The notes under the pieces are model-generated. The model was not told where the DNA came from. It worked only from the letters and a program-made list of their open reading frames with translations, and made no database searches. Positions 1-13,401 of a DNA stretch of 64,000 nt are shown piece by piece (within the stretch, counting starts at the first letter, position 1; each line of letters starts with the position of its first letter). The stretch is from Octopus sinensis (taxonomy: Eukaryota): assembly GCF_006345805.1 (NCBI RefSeq), contig NC_043001.1:123690001-123754000 (forward strand), read 5' to 3'. A program made the translations under genes and the position numbers.

Positions 1-1212
1 TGCAGAATTTTGGATGGTTTTTTTTAACATGTTTTTGCAATTGTTTGACAAAACAGACACAAACTTTCCCAAATGCATCAAGAAATTAACATCGATATTT
101 TTTCACAGTTGTTACAATTATCTAAAATGGAACTGCCAGAGTACGATATTCGAGCAATTTTGCTATTAAACTTTAAAAAAGTACGTAAAGTAGCTGAAAC
201 TGTTCGTGATATCAACGAAATGTTTGATGAGGAAATGACTAATGAGTGGTCAGCTCGAAAATGATTTAAACGATTTCGCAGCGGAGATAGAGCCTTGAAT
301 TTCGTGAGCGTAGTGGACGCCCATCTGTCATCGATGACGGCCACTTAAAGACCGTCATTGAGAAAGATCCACGTAAAACCATTCGAGAACTAGCAAAAGC
401 AATTCAAGTTAGCCAGAAAACTGCCTGTAACTTTTTGCATGTGCTCGGAAAATCAAAATACTCGACAAATGGGTACCACACGATTTGAATGAAAATCAAA
501 AAAATGCGCAGATATGGAATTTGCTCATCGCTTCTTTTCTGTAACTAGACCGATCCATTTCTCGACCGTATTGTATCTTGCGATGAAAAGTACATTCTAT
601 ACAATAATAAAGCACGTTCTTCACTGGCTGAACCAAATGAAGCACCGAAAACCTTCCCTAAACCTGAGCTCTTCAAAACGAAGGTTATGGTGACTGGTGT
701 ATTGCTGTGTGAACAACTTAAAACCCAGAAAAAACCATTACTGCAGAAACATATTGCCATGAAATTGCCAAAATGAATGAAAAACTACTACTTCTCCATC
801 CCAGACTGGTCAACGGAAGAGGGCCAATCATTATTCATGATAATGCTCGACCATATGTTTCGCTAATGATGTTCCAGAAGTTGAGGGAATTTGGCTACAA
901 ATTTCTTTCCTACTCAGCTTATTCCCCAGATCTTTTTTCCTATTGACAACCACATTTTCAAGCACATTGATGGTTTTCTGCGAGAGAAGAAGTTCAAAAA
1001 TCAAACCGATGCTGAAAGTGCGTTCAAAGAATTCATCAGCTTCAGAATTCCAGATTTTTATGTTACCGGAATAAACAAACTTGTAACTCGTAGGCAAAAA
1101 TGTGTTGGTTGTAATGGTACTTATTTTTATGGATAAAATTTCCGCACTGTTGAAATATATTGTGATGAATTTCACGTTTCAGAACGTTGCTTAATTTTTA
1201 CTCAGCCTGATA
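1..1212 (+). mobile_element. mariner (DD34D) transposon, decayed; left end lies outside the window
   Basis: Joined frames give an HTH region (IRAILLLNFKK..AETVRDIN), DKWVPHDL, IVSCDEKYILYNN and HDNARP..YSPDL..D, with 34 aa between the 2nd and 3rd D after one frameshift. The right end AATTTTTACTCAGCCTGATA resembles a mariner TIR plus TA. Confidence 0.9.
127..1136 (+). pseudogene. mariner transposase pseudogene (stops and frameshifts)
   Basis: ORFs 73-264 and 891-1136 plus intervening frames carry WVPHDL, CDEK, HDNARP and YSPDL motifs. Confidence 0.88.
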
Positions 1213-1214
1213 TG

Positions 1215-1447
1215 CAGGGTTGGCCAAAAGTCACCTGAGAGTAAATCAAAGTCATTTAATTCCAATATTTATTTATGTTTAACAACTGAATGAATTTAAT
1301 AAAAGCATCTAAATATGAAGCATCATGAAAATTGTTCAAACTGAAGTCTTTCTTGAGCGACACATTTTCTCATTCGAGTCAAAATAGAATTAGAGATAGT
1401 ATTTATGGAAGTTTGATTTACCGTCTGGTGACTTCTGGCCAAGTATG
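1215..1447. mobile_element. Tc1-like MITE / internally deleted DNA transposon
   Basis: 21-bp imperfect TIRs CAGGGTTGGCCAAAAGTCACC (1215-1235) and GGTGACTTCTGGCCAAGTATG (1427-1447), TA at the right end, no coding capacity. Confidence 0.65.
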
Positions 1448-2483
1448 TATACAGATAGAAACTCACCTACACCCAGATATGTATGTAATTACTGCTGTGT
1501 GAACAGTCTTTTACTACATTGCTATTACTTTAATATACTACAGAACCATCAATAAACTTTTAACCAACGCTGTATATAGCAATGAATGTGAGTCATTACG
1601 TCTATATACTCAGTTTGTTCGCAGACATATAAAGAAAGCAAAAGCTGCATATACGGCATATTTCAGCTCCGCTTACAGTCTCGTCAGAATCTGTGCACCA
1701 TATATAATGATCAACGAGCACACTGCTTATAAGCGTGTTGGTATTAGTAGCTAAAGTAAACCACATTTGAACAATTTGAATACTTAACACTTTCTTGGCA
1801 GCTTGTTCGAATATTTAATAACAGGTGTTTTGAAAATCTATAGACATGTTGCATAGTTACATTATAGCAATGACGCGAATCGCTGTTTAACAAACTAGCA
1901 ATTTAATATTTGAATTAGCTGTCAAGAAAATGTTAAATATGCAAATTGGTCAATCCGTTTTACTTTAGCCACTAACATCAGTGCACAGCTGCTGACGAAA
2001 CTCCAAACAGAATTCAAATAAACAGCATACATACAGCTGTTCCTTCATTTTCTGCTCGTGAACATAGAGTATATATAAATGTAATGTTTACATTCGTCGT
2101 AACATTCAGCGTTATTTAAAAATCTACATACCTTTTGTATACTATATTATTGCAATATATTTATTCAAGCATGCTGCCATCTCTGCATATATACTCTTAA
2201 ACTCACACAAACACGCAATCACAAGCGCAAGCACACACTAACACGTGTGCACGCATGCACACACATTTAATTTGTCAGTGGATAAGCGTTCAAAACCGAT
2301 GAGAATATCAAGACGACACTCTGAATATTTTTTTCTTCTAAGGACCATAGTTTATTTGCCAGAGTATCAGGAAACTGGTTTCGGGGCAGGAAAATGTTAA
2401 TTGTAACGATGGTGATTATATTTTAAATACTGATTAGAGATCAGTACATGAAATGTAGCATTACGTTTCAGCATCCCTCATCT

Positions 2484-2486
2484 ATA

Positions 2487-2536
<50 letters not shown>

Positions 2537-2553
2537 CTATCTATCTATCTATC

Positions 2554-2585
<32 letters not shown>

Positions 2586-2614
2586 GTATGTATGTGTCCC
2601 TGTGTGCATTTATA

Positions 2615-2645
<31 letters not shown>

Positions 2646-2689
2646 CATACATATACACATATATGTATGTGTATATATCTATGCATATA

Positions 2690-2749
<60 letters not shown>

Positions 2750-2785
2750 TGTATGTATGTATATACATATATGTATGTATGTATC
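2484..2785. repeat. compound microsatellite (TATC)n/(TA)n/(TATG)n
   Basis: Direct reading; source of spurious ORFs. Confidence 0.97.
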
Positions 2786-2928
2786 AAGAGTTGAACAGAA
2801 AGAATACAAGGAGAAAAGTTAGAGCGAAAAGTTAGAGGAAACGCGTAAGTAGAAGAAATCTAAACAGACGGGGAATTAGACAACGACACGACACCCGAAA
2901 TATTCGCAGCAGAGTTTTCCTCTTCAGT

Positions 2929-2988
2929 CAAAGACGCAAAATATCATAGCAGTTTCAGCCAAAGACGCAAAATATCATAGCAGTTTCA
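2929..2988. repeat. 31-bp-period tandem duplication
   Basis: CAAAGACGCAAAATATCATAGCAGTTTCA starts at 2929 and again at 2960. Confidence 0.9.
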
Positions 2989-3676
2989 CGCGAATTACCT
3001 ATATATATATATATTTCAAGAACACTTCACATCTACACTTATCTATCATTCGACAGGTCAAAAAAACGTAGCTCACACACAAAAGCAAATGGGTCTACGT
3101 CTCATTCGATGGTGATTATTCCGAAAGTTTCAAGTGAACTGCTTAAATGATTGAATAAAGATATTCCTGACCGAATATTCCATTGCCATGTTTACTCTTA
3201 AAATAATTGTGAACTGGAATTACCAGAGAATAGTGAATGAGAAGGTTGTAGATACAGTTCATGCCACGACCACCCACAGCTTACATCTGTCAAATGCCAG
3301 CTTGGCTGAGACCAGGGTTTTCCTAAAAGACGCATTTGTTCAAGATGCCACGCAACAGGTGCTTGCCTGGCTGCCTTGTTTAGAGGTGTACTTTGCAACC
3401 ACGTGGTCTTGCTTTCAGTCCTATTGTCGACACCATGAGCATGATTCTTCTGCTCCGGGGCAGCCAATGCCTTGCCAGGGAATTTGGTAAACGGAAGCTG
3501 TGAAGAAGCACGTCGTGTGTGTGTGTATGTGTTTTTGTGTGTGTGTGTTTTGTGTAAATATATACGTACATATGCATACATACACATTTACATACATACT
3601 TACACCCCACACACACGTACACACTGCCGCTTCGCAGTCTTCTGAACCCATATCTTATACTACAAATTTGTATACA

Positions 3677-3984
3677 GTGGAGGCGCAATGGCCCAGTGGT
3701 TAGGGCAGCCGACTCGCGGTTGTAGGATCGCGGTTTCGATTCCCAGACCGGGCGATGTGAGTGTTTATTGAGCGAAACCACCTAAAGCTCCACGAGGCTC
3801 CGGCAGGGAGTGGTGGCGATCCCTGATGTACTCTTTCGCTACAACTTTCTCTCACTCTTTCTTCTGTTGGCCTGCTCGCTTAGCCAGCGGGGTGGCGTCA
3901 TTTGAAGGCTAAAGCAATGCGAAGCGCATTGTGACCAGCGATGTGTAGCAACATCTGATAGCATGGTCGGTCACGGTGGTCACG
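3677..3984 (+). mobile_element. tRNA-derived SINE, family C, tail type 1
   Basis: Head GTGGAGGCGCAATGGCCCAGTGGTTAGGGCAGC..GGTTTCGATTCCCAG (A/B-box-like); 7-bp flanking direct repeat GTATACA (3670-3676, 3985-3991); tail ends in CGGTCA repeats. Confidence 0.88.
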
Positions 3985-4033
3985 GTATACATACATACAT
4001 CACTCTTTCTCCACACACACACACACACACATA

Positions 4034-4107
<74 letters not shown>

Positions 4108-4569
4108 ATGCATGTGTGTGGCATTGAGTCTGTGTTTCTTCACCTTCCACCACCAATCAACCGTTGTTAGATTTTTTTTACGTTCTGTAAATTAGGATTT
4201 CTGCAAATAAGACAGCTAGGATAGACAGACTTTGAAAAGTGAGCACTGGACTCAGAAGGTATCACCTTCAACGTGATTTTCTAGCATGGATGTAATCTAG
4301 TGTCTGAAACAAGTAAACCGTAATAAATAAATAGGACCGATCCCGGGACTCATGTTTGCGAAGCGAAGCGAACTTCTGAACCATTCCTTCATAACTGCGT
4401 TGATACACATACAAAATGAAAAGAATGAAACCGTCAGCAATACGTATAGAAACTGCTTATTCAGCATAACGTGTTTTAATGTCAAGATTCAACTGCGGGT
4501 GATATGGAACGAAGATAAGAATACTAGTGACGGCGTGGTGGTGGCCGTGGCATGGTTGTAGAGGTTGTG

Positions 4570-4900
4570 GGATTCTGGAGTCGGCTATTAGCATAACAGT
4601 AATAGTGGTGGTGGTGGTGGTGATGTTCGCTTTATCGGAACAGGTAATAGTAATGGAGATGGTAACGGCGGTGGAGATGGTGGTGGTGGTGTATGTGTAT
4701 TAGCGTAATTGGTAAAGGTAGTAGTTGCGGTGGTAGCTATTGCAGGCGTGGTGGTACACATGCTGTGCTGGAGGTTATAATTGTGACGATATTGGTGGTA
4801 TGGGTAATGTTGGGTATGGTTGAAGTTGAGGGAGATAGTAGTAATATTAGTGGTGGTGTTTGTAGTAACGGTAGTAACACCAGTGGCCGGGAAGGTGGCG
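4570..4900. repeat. GGT/AGT-rich low-complexity tract
   Basis: Direct reading. Confidence 0.8.
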
Positions 4901-6099
4901 TGTGGTGGAAGGTTAAAGCTGAGAGAAAGATGTGGCGAAAACGCAGACAGAAGAATCAATAAAGAGTGAATGAATCACTCAAAATGGAACACGAGAAGAG
5001 AAAGAAAAACAATATGATGAAGAAGTAGAAGAAAAAGGAGAGTAAGTAGCAGGATTAGAAGATAGAAAAGAAAAGAAAATGAAATTATTGGAAGGAAGAA
5101 GTAGTGAATGAAGAAATTGAAAACAAAAAACGAAGCTGATGAGGATAATGAAGACGATGTCGATGGCAATGGTCATGGTGATGACAATAAAAAATATTGC
5201 TTTTGTTGGACCCCCAAGGGCCGTAGTCAGTGAAGATAATCCAAGAGGACACAATATAACACTTAATATATGGGGTTTACATCGATCAAAAGGAAATCGG
5301 AAAAAAGTAAGATATAACAAAATGTATAATAAAAGATCTAAAAAATATAATACAAACAAAAAATATTTTCAGCAAGAAAAATGAATCGATCCCAAATGTA
5401 ATTCGATGGGAAACCCACATAATAAGGCCGGATTACCTTGCTATTTCCAAGGAATCAGGCTTGCACTTTCCCAATTTCTTTACCCAAACTTAAACAGAAA
5501 ATAAAATAAAAACAATACATGCATGATAAGCCCATTCATATTTACCAGTCTTGCATTCACATTTTGATGAATACAGTAGATGGCAGCATCCACCTCTCCA
5601 TACAAACATTCCTGTTCAAGTAGCATTTGAAGAAGCTGATAAGAAATTGGCTTGATGGGTAAACTTATCGTTTCCAAATATGACAGTCTGCCTTGCACAT
5701 CGCAAACCTGTTTCGCCACTGCTACCACCAAGCTAAGAAAAAATTGCCTCTTCCCTACCAAATGCAGGTTATAGGTCGATTTTCACTATAAACTATGTTG
5801 ACAGCCGAACTCTTCCTACGCGTGACAGTAGCTGTTCAACACAAGCCAACAAGTCGCTAATATACAAACACTGAACGATGGACTGACTTCCCTGACTAAA
5901 CTTCCCTTATGTCCCTCAGTCCGGTATATCCGCGATACAGCTTAGTTACTGGTCATCAAGATGGAGTGGCACCAGGAAGTAGAGATTCATGTAGACTTCC
6001 CCTGGTGACATGCTGTTGTGAGTCCCCTTGTGTTCATTGCATGCCAATTATGTATAAAGAGAATAAAATCCTTGTTCAACGTACGACGTAATGTCACAG

Positions 6100-6460
6100 A
6101 TCGTGTGGCACCAATCTGTGAACACGTGTATTGCACAACAACAACCCTGTCAGTTTTCATGCAAGAGAGTCGATCTGAAAAACCCTAACACTTGTATCCA
6201 TCTGCTCTGCCCCAGTCGAGTGAGTACAACTTCCACACATCAGTCAAGTTTTTCTTTAACTTCATTTTCGAGGGAATATGGAAGAACTCTGTTCTTCGGG
6301 GTAGGAGTGTCACTTTCCTGCTAAGTCTTTTTTGGATAAATTCCTTAAACAAAGAGGCTCTGTCTTGGAAACATACTTTGTCCATTCCTCTTTTTCCTTG
6401 AGCTGGCACAAGATGAGTCTTTCCTTTGACCCCCAACGTTTGCAAATGATGGAATGTGAG
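6100..6460 (-). mobile_element. possible decayed Ty3/Gypsy pol fragment (protease-RT junction)
   Basis: A minus frame with stops reads ..ESDTPTPKNRVLPYSLENEVKEKLD*CVEVVLTRLGQSRW.., resembling the Gypsy 'P.R.VPY.L.E.V..EL..L...GV.......S.W' segment. Confidence 0.35.
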
Positions 6461-7676
6461 TTTCGTTGTCATTCACTGTTTTCACTTTTCCATTAAAATT
6501 AATATTTCCATTACTATTCTTGTTTCTGTCTTCCTTGGCTCAACTGGAAGCACTGAAGCGTGTCTTATTTTATTCTCTATTTTCCAATCATATCACTTTT
6601 TCGTTTAAAAGTATTTTTGCTCAATATTTAAGCTACTTAGGGTATGATTACAAATACTGTAACGTTCATCTTTCTGCTCTTCTGAGGGAGCCATATTGCA
6701 ATGTGTGCAAGTATTATTAAAATTTATTAGCAGTTAAAAATCACTAATAGCAAAAATTTCAACTGCCTCAACAATCCGAAAGCATTCTGTTAGTAAACAT
6801 GTTTAAAAAATAAATCACCAATTTTTCTTTGGTTAATCAAATGAAAAATTACTTTTTCGCAAAGCTCTGGTATTCATTCATGCAAACATTCAATCATTTT
6901 AATATTGAAAATAATAATCATAATACTTAAGTGAAGTAACGATATAAGAGATGTTAACCTGAGTGCAAAGAGAATAATTGAAGAAAATGAGAAATATAAC
7001 TAAAGAATGAATTAGTCGAATAAGGAAGAAGAGTAATTATAAATCGTAGGGAAATTTGTTGAGCAAGGAGATAGAGTCATTTGTGAATTATAAAGAAAAA
7101 ATAAGACGAGAAAGGAGAGAGAAAAATCAGTTATAATAGCAGAAAAAAAAAGAAGTTAAATGAAAAAATAAGCAGGTGTAATAAAAGAAAATGAATAACA
7201 AAAAACAACTCGAGATGCTGATGAAGTTGATGAAAGGAGCAAATAATGAAAAAGACTTGGCAAAATGTAACCAGCAAAAATGAAGAGACAATGAAGCGAA
7301 AGAAAACATACCAATAGGCATGCATGAGTGAGATTTTTTTGTCCAATCTGAGAGAAAAATCTTTTACTAACATGCTCCAAGTGACATAAATAATTGCATC
7401 GTATGTGAAGATATGAGGCAACTTGCTACAATTATTATAGCATATGGTCATGCAATACCCGTGAAAAAAAATTCGAAATGGACACAAACAGGCAAAGAAA
7501 AAAAAAAATGAAAATTGATTTACCCATGTCAGACACATCGGTAAAACTCTTCTGCTGATTTAGTCTCCATACGATACTAAAAATATAAAATTATTCGACC
7601 ATACTATAACCAGTGACTGAGATATGGGTGACGCAAACTGTACGAAAAGCCTTACAGACAGACACACGGACAGGCA

Positions 7677-7723
<47 letters not shown>

Positions 7724-7734
7724 GAAGATGGTTA

Positions 7735-7860
7735 TATCCGTGGTCTAGTGGCTAGGGTAGTGCATTCACGATCGAGAAATCGTGGTTTCAATTCCGGGTG
7801 GTACGTTCTGTTCTTTAGTCAACCACTTCATCTCACGCTGCGATCAATTCGACATTTGAT
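7735..7860 (+). mobile_element. degenerate tRNA-headed (CORE-like) SINE
   Basis: GTGGTCTAGTGGCTAGG..GGTTTCAATTCCGG head followed by non-tRNA body. Confidence 0.5.
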
Positions 7861-7939
7861 GTTTGGCACACTCTACACGTTTATAGACAACGTCCATTTC
7901 TACAGACACACAAACACACACACATATATATGCATATAT

Positions 7940-8101
7940 TTTTTTACTCCTTTACTTATTTCAGTCATTTCACTGGAGCAAAAAATTTAGTCGAACAAAT
8001 CGACCACATGACTTATTCTTTGTAACCCTACTTATTCTATCGGTCACTTTCACCTAACCGCCAGGACACACAACTACATACATACACACACACACACATA
8101 C

Positions 8102-8154
<53 letters not shown>

Positions 8155-8396
8155 GTGAAATAGAAAGATGAATAATCTTGTGGTAGATAATCAAAAGTTT
8201 AACCGATACCTTAGTAGCAAAAATCACAGCAGTAAACAGCACGGTTGGAGGTACAACCATCTGGCGTTGCAACCGTGCGTTGGTGCGGATAATTGAAATT
8301 AAAACATTATTGGTGAATTGAAGAAATGGAGCTGAACGCAGATTGAACAGAAATCGTTTTATTTCATTCTACACGTGTTTCGAAAGGCACCAAATT

Positions 8397-8460
<64 letters not shown>

Positions 8461-8647
8461 TACATACATAATATGTGTGTGTGTCTGTGTGTGTGTGTGT
8501 GTGTATACGACGGGCTTCTTTCAGTTTCACAAGGCTTTGGTCGGCCTGAAGCTATAGTAGAAAGCAGTTGTCCAAGATTCCACGCAGTGGGACTGAACCC
8601 GGAATAATGTAGTTTGGAAGTAACCTTCTTAGCACACAATCACTCGT
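7940..8647 (-). mobile_element. SINE family A, fragmented by microsatellites (3' part 7940-8075, 5' part 8507-8647)
   Basis: Matches the intact copy at 16820-17210. Confidence 0.7.
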
Positions 8648-8652
8648 GTTCC

Positions 8653-8683
<31 letters not shown>

Positions 8684-9019
8684 CATACGCACACATTCAT
8701 ATGTATATGTATATATACACACATATATATATATATCTGTGTGTCTGTATGTGTGTGTTTGTGTGTATGTGTGCACAAGCATACACACACACGTATGTAT
8801 GGACCCGACTACATACACATACGCACGCACACATATAATTACTTTTTGGAACAGCGAAACTCGAAGTAAATAAAGCTTTAGATTAATAGTTTCTAAATAT
8901 TGAGTTATAAACCACTCGAATAGAAAAGGTGGAGACTCACTGCCTAAATAAATAATTAAATATGTAAATAAATAAATAAATAAAAATGGAGGATAATGTC
9001 AGATAGCAATTAATGCAAC

Positions 9020-9523
9020 ACCAGATGGAGCAGGGAGAGATTAAGATAGAGGGAGAGAGAGAGGGAGAGAGAGAGAGAGAGAGAGAGAAAGTGCGAGAGA
9101 AGTAGACAGGCGGGCAGACAGACAGACAGACAGATAAAGAGAAAGGTAGAGAGAGAAAGAAAGGGATAGAAATAGAGTGAGGGAAATGGTGTAAAGTGAA
9201 ATGGGGAGAGAGAGATGGCGAGATAGATAGATAGATAGATAGATAGAGTGAGAGAGAGAAAGAGAGAGAGAAAAAGTGCGAGAGAGAGAGACAGGCAGTC
9301 AGACAGACAGAGAAAGGTAGAGAGAGAGAGAGAGGGGGGAGAGAGAGAGAAAGAAAGGGATAGAATTAGAGTGAGGGAAATGGTGCAATGCGAAATGGGG
9401 AGAGAGAGATGAAGAGATAGATAGATAGAGAGGGTGAGGGAGAGAGGGAGAAAGCCATATCTAAAACAGAAGCGAGGCTTCTTCATTGCAATTCAGATAA
9501 GATCTACTTAGTGTTTATGTGCA

Positions 9524-9558
<35 letters not shown>

Positions 9559-9640
9559 ATGTATGTGTGTATGTATGTATGTATGTATGTATGTATGTAT
9601 GTATGTATGTATGTCTGTATGTATGCATGTGTGTGTATGT
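9020..9640. repeat. GA/GATA/GACA compound microsatellite with an internal ~190-bp duplication, then (TGTC)/(TATG)
   Basis: GAAAGGGATAGAA.TAGAGTGAGGGAAATGGTG.AA..GAAATGGGGAGAGAGAGATG occurs twice (~9160 and ~9354). Confidence 0.9.
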
Positions 9641-9944
9641 ATGTATTTGTGTTAGTAGGTATAGTCGTATATACTTCTGTGTATGTATGTTTGCACATTT
9701 ACATTTTATCAAATGAATTAGGAATATGTCTTCATACACATGTGTACCTATATAATCTTTTATCTTTTATCTTTGTCACCAGCTTGAAAGGTCTTAATGG
9801 AACAAGTCGACCCCTGAACTTGTTGGTTTAAGTCAAGTACTTATCCTATCGGTGTCTTTTGCTGAGTCGCTAAGTTATGGGGACGTAAACACATGAACAC
9901 AGGTAAAAAAAATTGCACATAAATGCATTTTGTCTTTTATATTT

Positions 9945-10335
9945 TTCTTGTTTCAGTTATGGGAGTGCGACCATGCTTGGGCAGAACCATGATGCTTTTA
10001 GTCAAACAAATCGCTCCCATCCTCCCAATAAAGCCTTGTACTTATTCTATCGATGTCTTTTGCCGAACCGCTGTGTTACGGCAACGGGAAAAAACCAACA
10101 TTGAATGTCAAACGGTGGAGTGGGACAAACGCATACACAAAGAAATACACAAAGATATATATACTTACAAATATATATACAACGGATTTCTGTCAATTTC
10201 CGTCTACCAAATGCACTCATAATCTTTGGTCGGCCCGAGGCAATAGTAAAAGACACCTACCCAAGGTGCCATGCAGTGGAACTGAACCCGGAACCATATG
10301 GTTGGGAAACAAACTTCTTATCACACAGTCACGTC
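9945..10335 (-). mobile_element. SINE family A
   Basis: Reverse complement of the family A head, CCTTGGGCAAG-like segment and ..GACTGAAACAAG tail. Confidence 0.85.
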
Positions 10336-10519
10336 TTATATAACCTACAGGATAAGCAGCCGCAATGCTTCACATAGTTTTACTGTTTATTAACAGATCT
10401 TGATTTCTGTTTTTTAAGTAATTGTTTACAGTTATGTTAACAAAATCAACTTCCTGGAGATTAGAGTTAAGGAAGTCAATCACATAATCCGGTATCCGGT
10501 AACCACCGGTGAAAAATTT

Positions 10520-10657
10520 AAAGCTATAATCGAAGGATCTACAAACTCATATATTTTTACATTATTTACATTCGACGGATATTTGTCCTCATCTTCTTTC
10601 TTGTTAACCCAACGTTTCGGCTGATATACCCTCCAGCCTTCTTCAGGCTGGAGGGTA
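10520..10657 (-). mobile_element. Penelope-like terminal fragment with HHR core, truncated by a short fold-back
   Basis: Minus strand reads CTGAAGA-A-GGCTG-(10 nt)-CAGCC-GAAACGTT. TACCCTCCAGCCT/AGGCTGGAGGGTA forms a 13-bp inverted repeat at the break. Confidence 0.7.
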
Positions 10658-11907
10658 AATAGTGTACACAATTTCTAATCTCTTAAATATAGAACTGTAT
10701 CATATATTTTTGTTTCTATCATTTTAATTAAGTTTGCTGACAACCCCAACTTTTGTCTACCCCAGAGCCTAAAATCTGGTCTGCTGTACTTAGATGTTAA
10801 GTGCACTTTCACAGGTATTCAGGTATATTATGATTCTCATCAGTGTAGCATATATTTCAACGTGAGTGCTTGCTACCAGATTTCCTTTTGTCGTCGATAA
10901 AAAAGGTTCTCTTTTACCTGCAGCCAACATTGAAGCTATGTCTTCTCTTGATCTTCCTAACCTGATGCTTTACTATCAAAGTTTCAAGGATTTGACCATT
11001 AATATTGTCTGATAATTCAGGGACAGTACCTCTTGATATCTTTTAGTGACATCGCAACTCGATTTCTTGCAGCAGACTTCCACACCGTCGGATGAATCCG
11101 ATTCATTTCTACAAAGTGCTTCAGTGATTTTCATTTATTATACCATTATCTATGTGTACACTATAGTTTCATTTCGACCAAATTTCCCGTTTTTATTATT
11201 TTTTTTTATTAATCACTCTGTTCTGATGACAAAGTTTTTCACAGACAGCTTTAACTATCGTTTGAGTATGATTAATCTGTATTCAACACTTCTAATTTTG
11301 TCATCTACAAACAATCAGTTTAGAGGAGAGGGAAGGTATTTTATTTGTCAGTTGATAGGAAATGTATCTTTTTATTTGTTTTCACCACAATATAACTGAT
11401 GCTCTGTCATAGATCAACGACATTTTGTTTGCCTTAAATGCCTAAGCTGGTATATTTTGATGATTAGCAATCTTTTATTTCCTTCATTTGAGGATCGGTG
11501 TTTTATTTTATCAAATGGCTTAGTCAGAGAATGAATAACATCAAGCATGTAAGCCGCTTTTGGGATCTCCGTGACTGGTAGGAGGAAAATAGGTATATGC
11601 AAGCCGTATACTTGGTCTCAAAGTTTTTAACAGAATGGATGCCAGTACAGCAGTGTATCTGAAAACTATACTATTCCCACTAACGTACAAGATCTGAGCA
11701 CCGCATTCGAAAGCTAAGACTGATAATTGAGAGATGTCTGAATTAATGGAGAAATGGCACATCTCAGGATATATTGGTATAAATTTGTATTATAACATTT
11801 ACAGAACAGATAAAATATCGACGATGTACAGAATAAATGAGTATGTCACCAAATGAAATAAACATAGTTTTATAGATTGTATATTCAAATATTTAACAGT
11901 CACATGC

Positions 11908-11957
<50 letters not shown>

Positions 11958-12115
11958 CGTAATACATACATATGTATGTATGTATTATATATTTATATAT
12001 ATATATGTTTGTATACACACTCTCAACGTACACGCACACACATATATATACGTAATTATATATATATATAATTTAATAAACTTAATACATGCTTTTATAT
12101 ATATATATATATATA

Positions 12116-12151
<36 letters not shown>

Positions 12152-13017
12152 TGTGAGTGGTGTGTGTGTGTGTTTGTGTGCCTGTATAAGTGTGTTAGAA
12201 ACATAGATGTATATATTATTTTAGCTGAAACGCACAACTAACACAAATCTTAAGGAAAATGAGATAAAAATCACCTGCGCTTAACAAGAACAAAGGCAGG
12301 GGAAAATCATTTTGCAACGCTGTATTGACAGATAAAAATATGCACTTTCAGAGTTAAAACATCCCCCATAACATTCACCAAACGTTATGCAGTAGACTAA
12401 ACTCGAAATTACGAATATATTTCCCTCAATATACTATACCATGTTTATTATTTTTATGTTGCTAAGGCAAAATGAAAGAGAAACATGATGGAAACCTAGT
12501 AACAACCTTACATTAAGAAGTAATATGAAGGAAATGCACTTAACTCTCAGGATATGCAGAAAATACTGACATAAGATTAAACATTAGAAATACAAGCTTT
12601 TAAAGTAAAAATCTTGCAATAAAAATCGCATTAAAGTAACAGCATAACGTCAAACTCCACCCGCAGTTCCATTAGACTGTAATATCATGAGTTACACCCA
12701 AATAGTTATTATGTGAAGTAATTTAAAAGCATACACTAGATTTTAATTGAAACAAAACATGGAAAATGCAAGAAACCCTTTGAATGAAAATCTGTATACT
12801 AGAATAGTCTTTCAGGTTAAACATGTTCCTGTCGTTAGAGCATCGAACGAAATTCTTCGTGGTACTTATTTCGCTTTTTGCGTCCAGGGTTCAAATTCTG
12901 TTGTGGTCAACTTTGATAGTGTTAGTTTTTGGTGGTGGAGTAACTGAATTACTAGAGCAGGAATGGATGCCTCGTGGGGTGATTGTTTTTTAACGTCAAA
13001 TTTTAACGTCCTAATCT

Positions 13018-13401
13018 GGATGGAAGCACTCCGTCGGTTACGACGACGAGGGTTCCGGTTGATCCGAATCAACGGAACAGCCTGCTCGTGAAATTAACGT
13101 GTAAGTGGCTGAGCACTCCACAGACACGTGTACCCTTAACGCAGTTCTCGGGGATATTCAGCGTGACACAGAGAGTGACAAGGCCGGCCCTTTGAAATAC
13201 AGGTACAACAGAAACAGGAAGTAAGAGTGAAAGTTGTGGTGAAAGAGTACAGCAGGGATCACCACCATCCCCTGCCGGAGCCTCGTGGAGTTTTAGGTGT
13301 TTTCGCTCAATAAACACTCACAACGCCCGGTCTGGGAATCGAAACCGCAATCCTTCGACCGCGAGTCCGCTGCCCTAACCACTGGGCCATTGCGCCTCCA
13401 C
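13018..13401 (-). mobile_element. full-length SINE family C, tail type 2, with 12-bp TSD
   Basis: tRNA head as at 3677; TSD ACGTCCTAATCT at 13006-13017 and 13402-13413. Confidence 0.92.

Noticed and set aside
3677-3760. tRNA gene (also 7735, 13330-13401, 16820, 60040)
   Set aside because: These are tRNA-like SINE heads continuing into repeat bodies, without a complete cloverleaf or acceptor stem.
5480-5761. 93-aa minus ORF near the Gypsy-like fragment
   Set aside because: No convincing RT or RNase H motif.
10740-11760. Possible decayed LINE coding region (also 19500-19990)
   Set aside because: No diagnostic motif was recoverable by eye; TBLASTX against TE proteins would be decisive.
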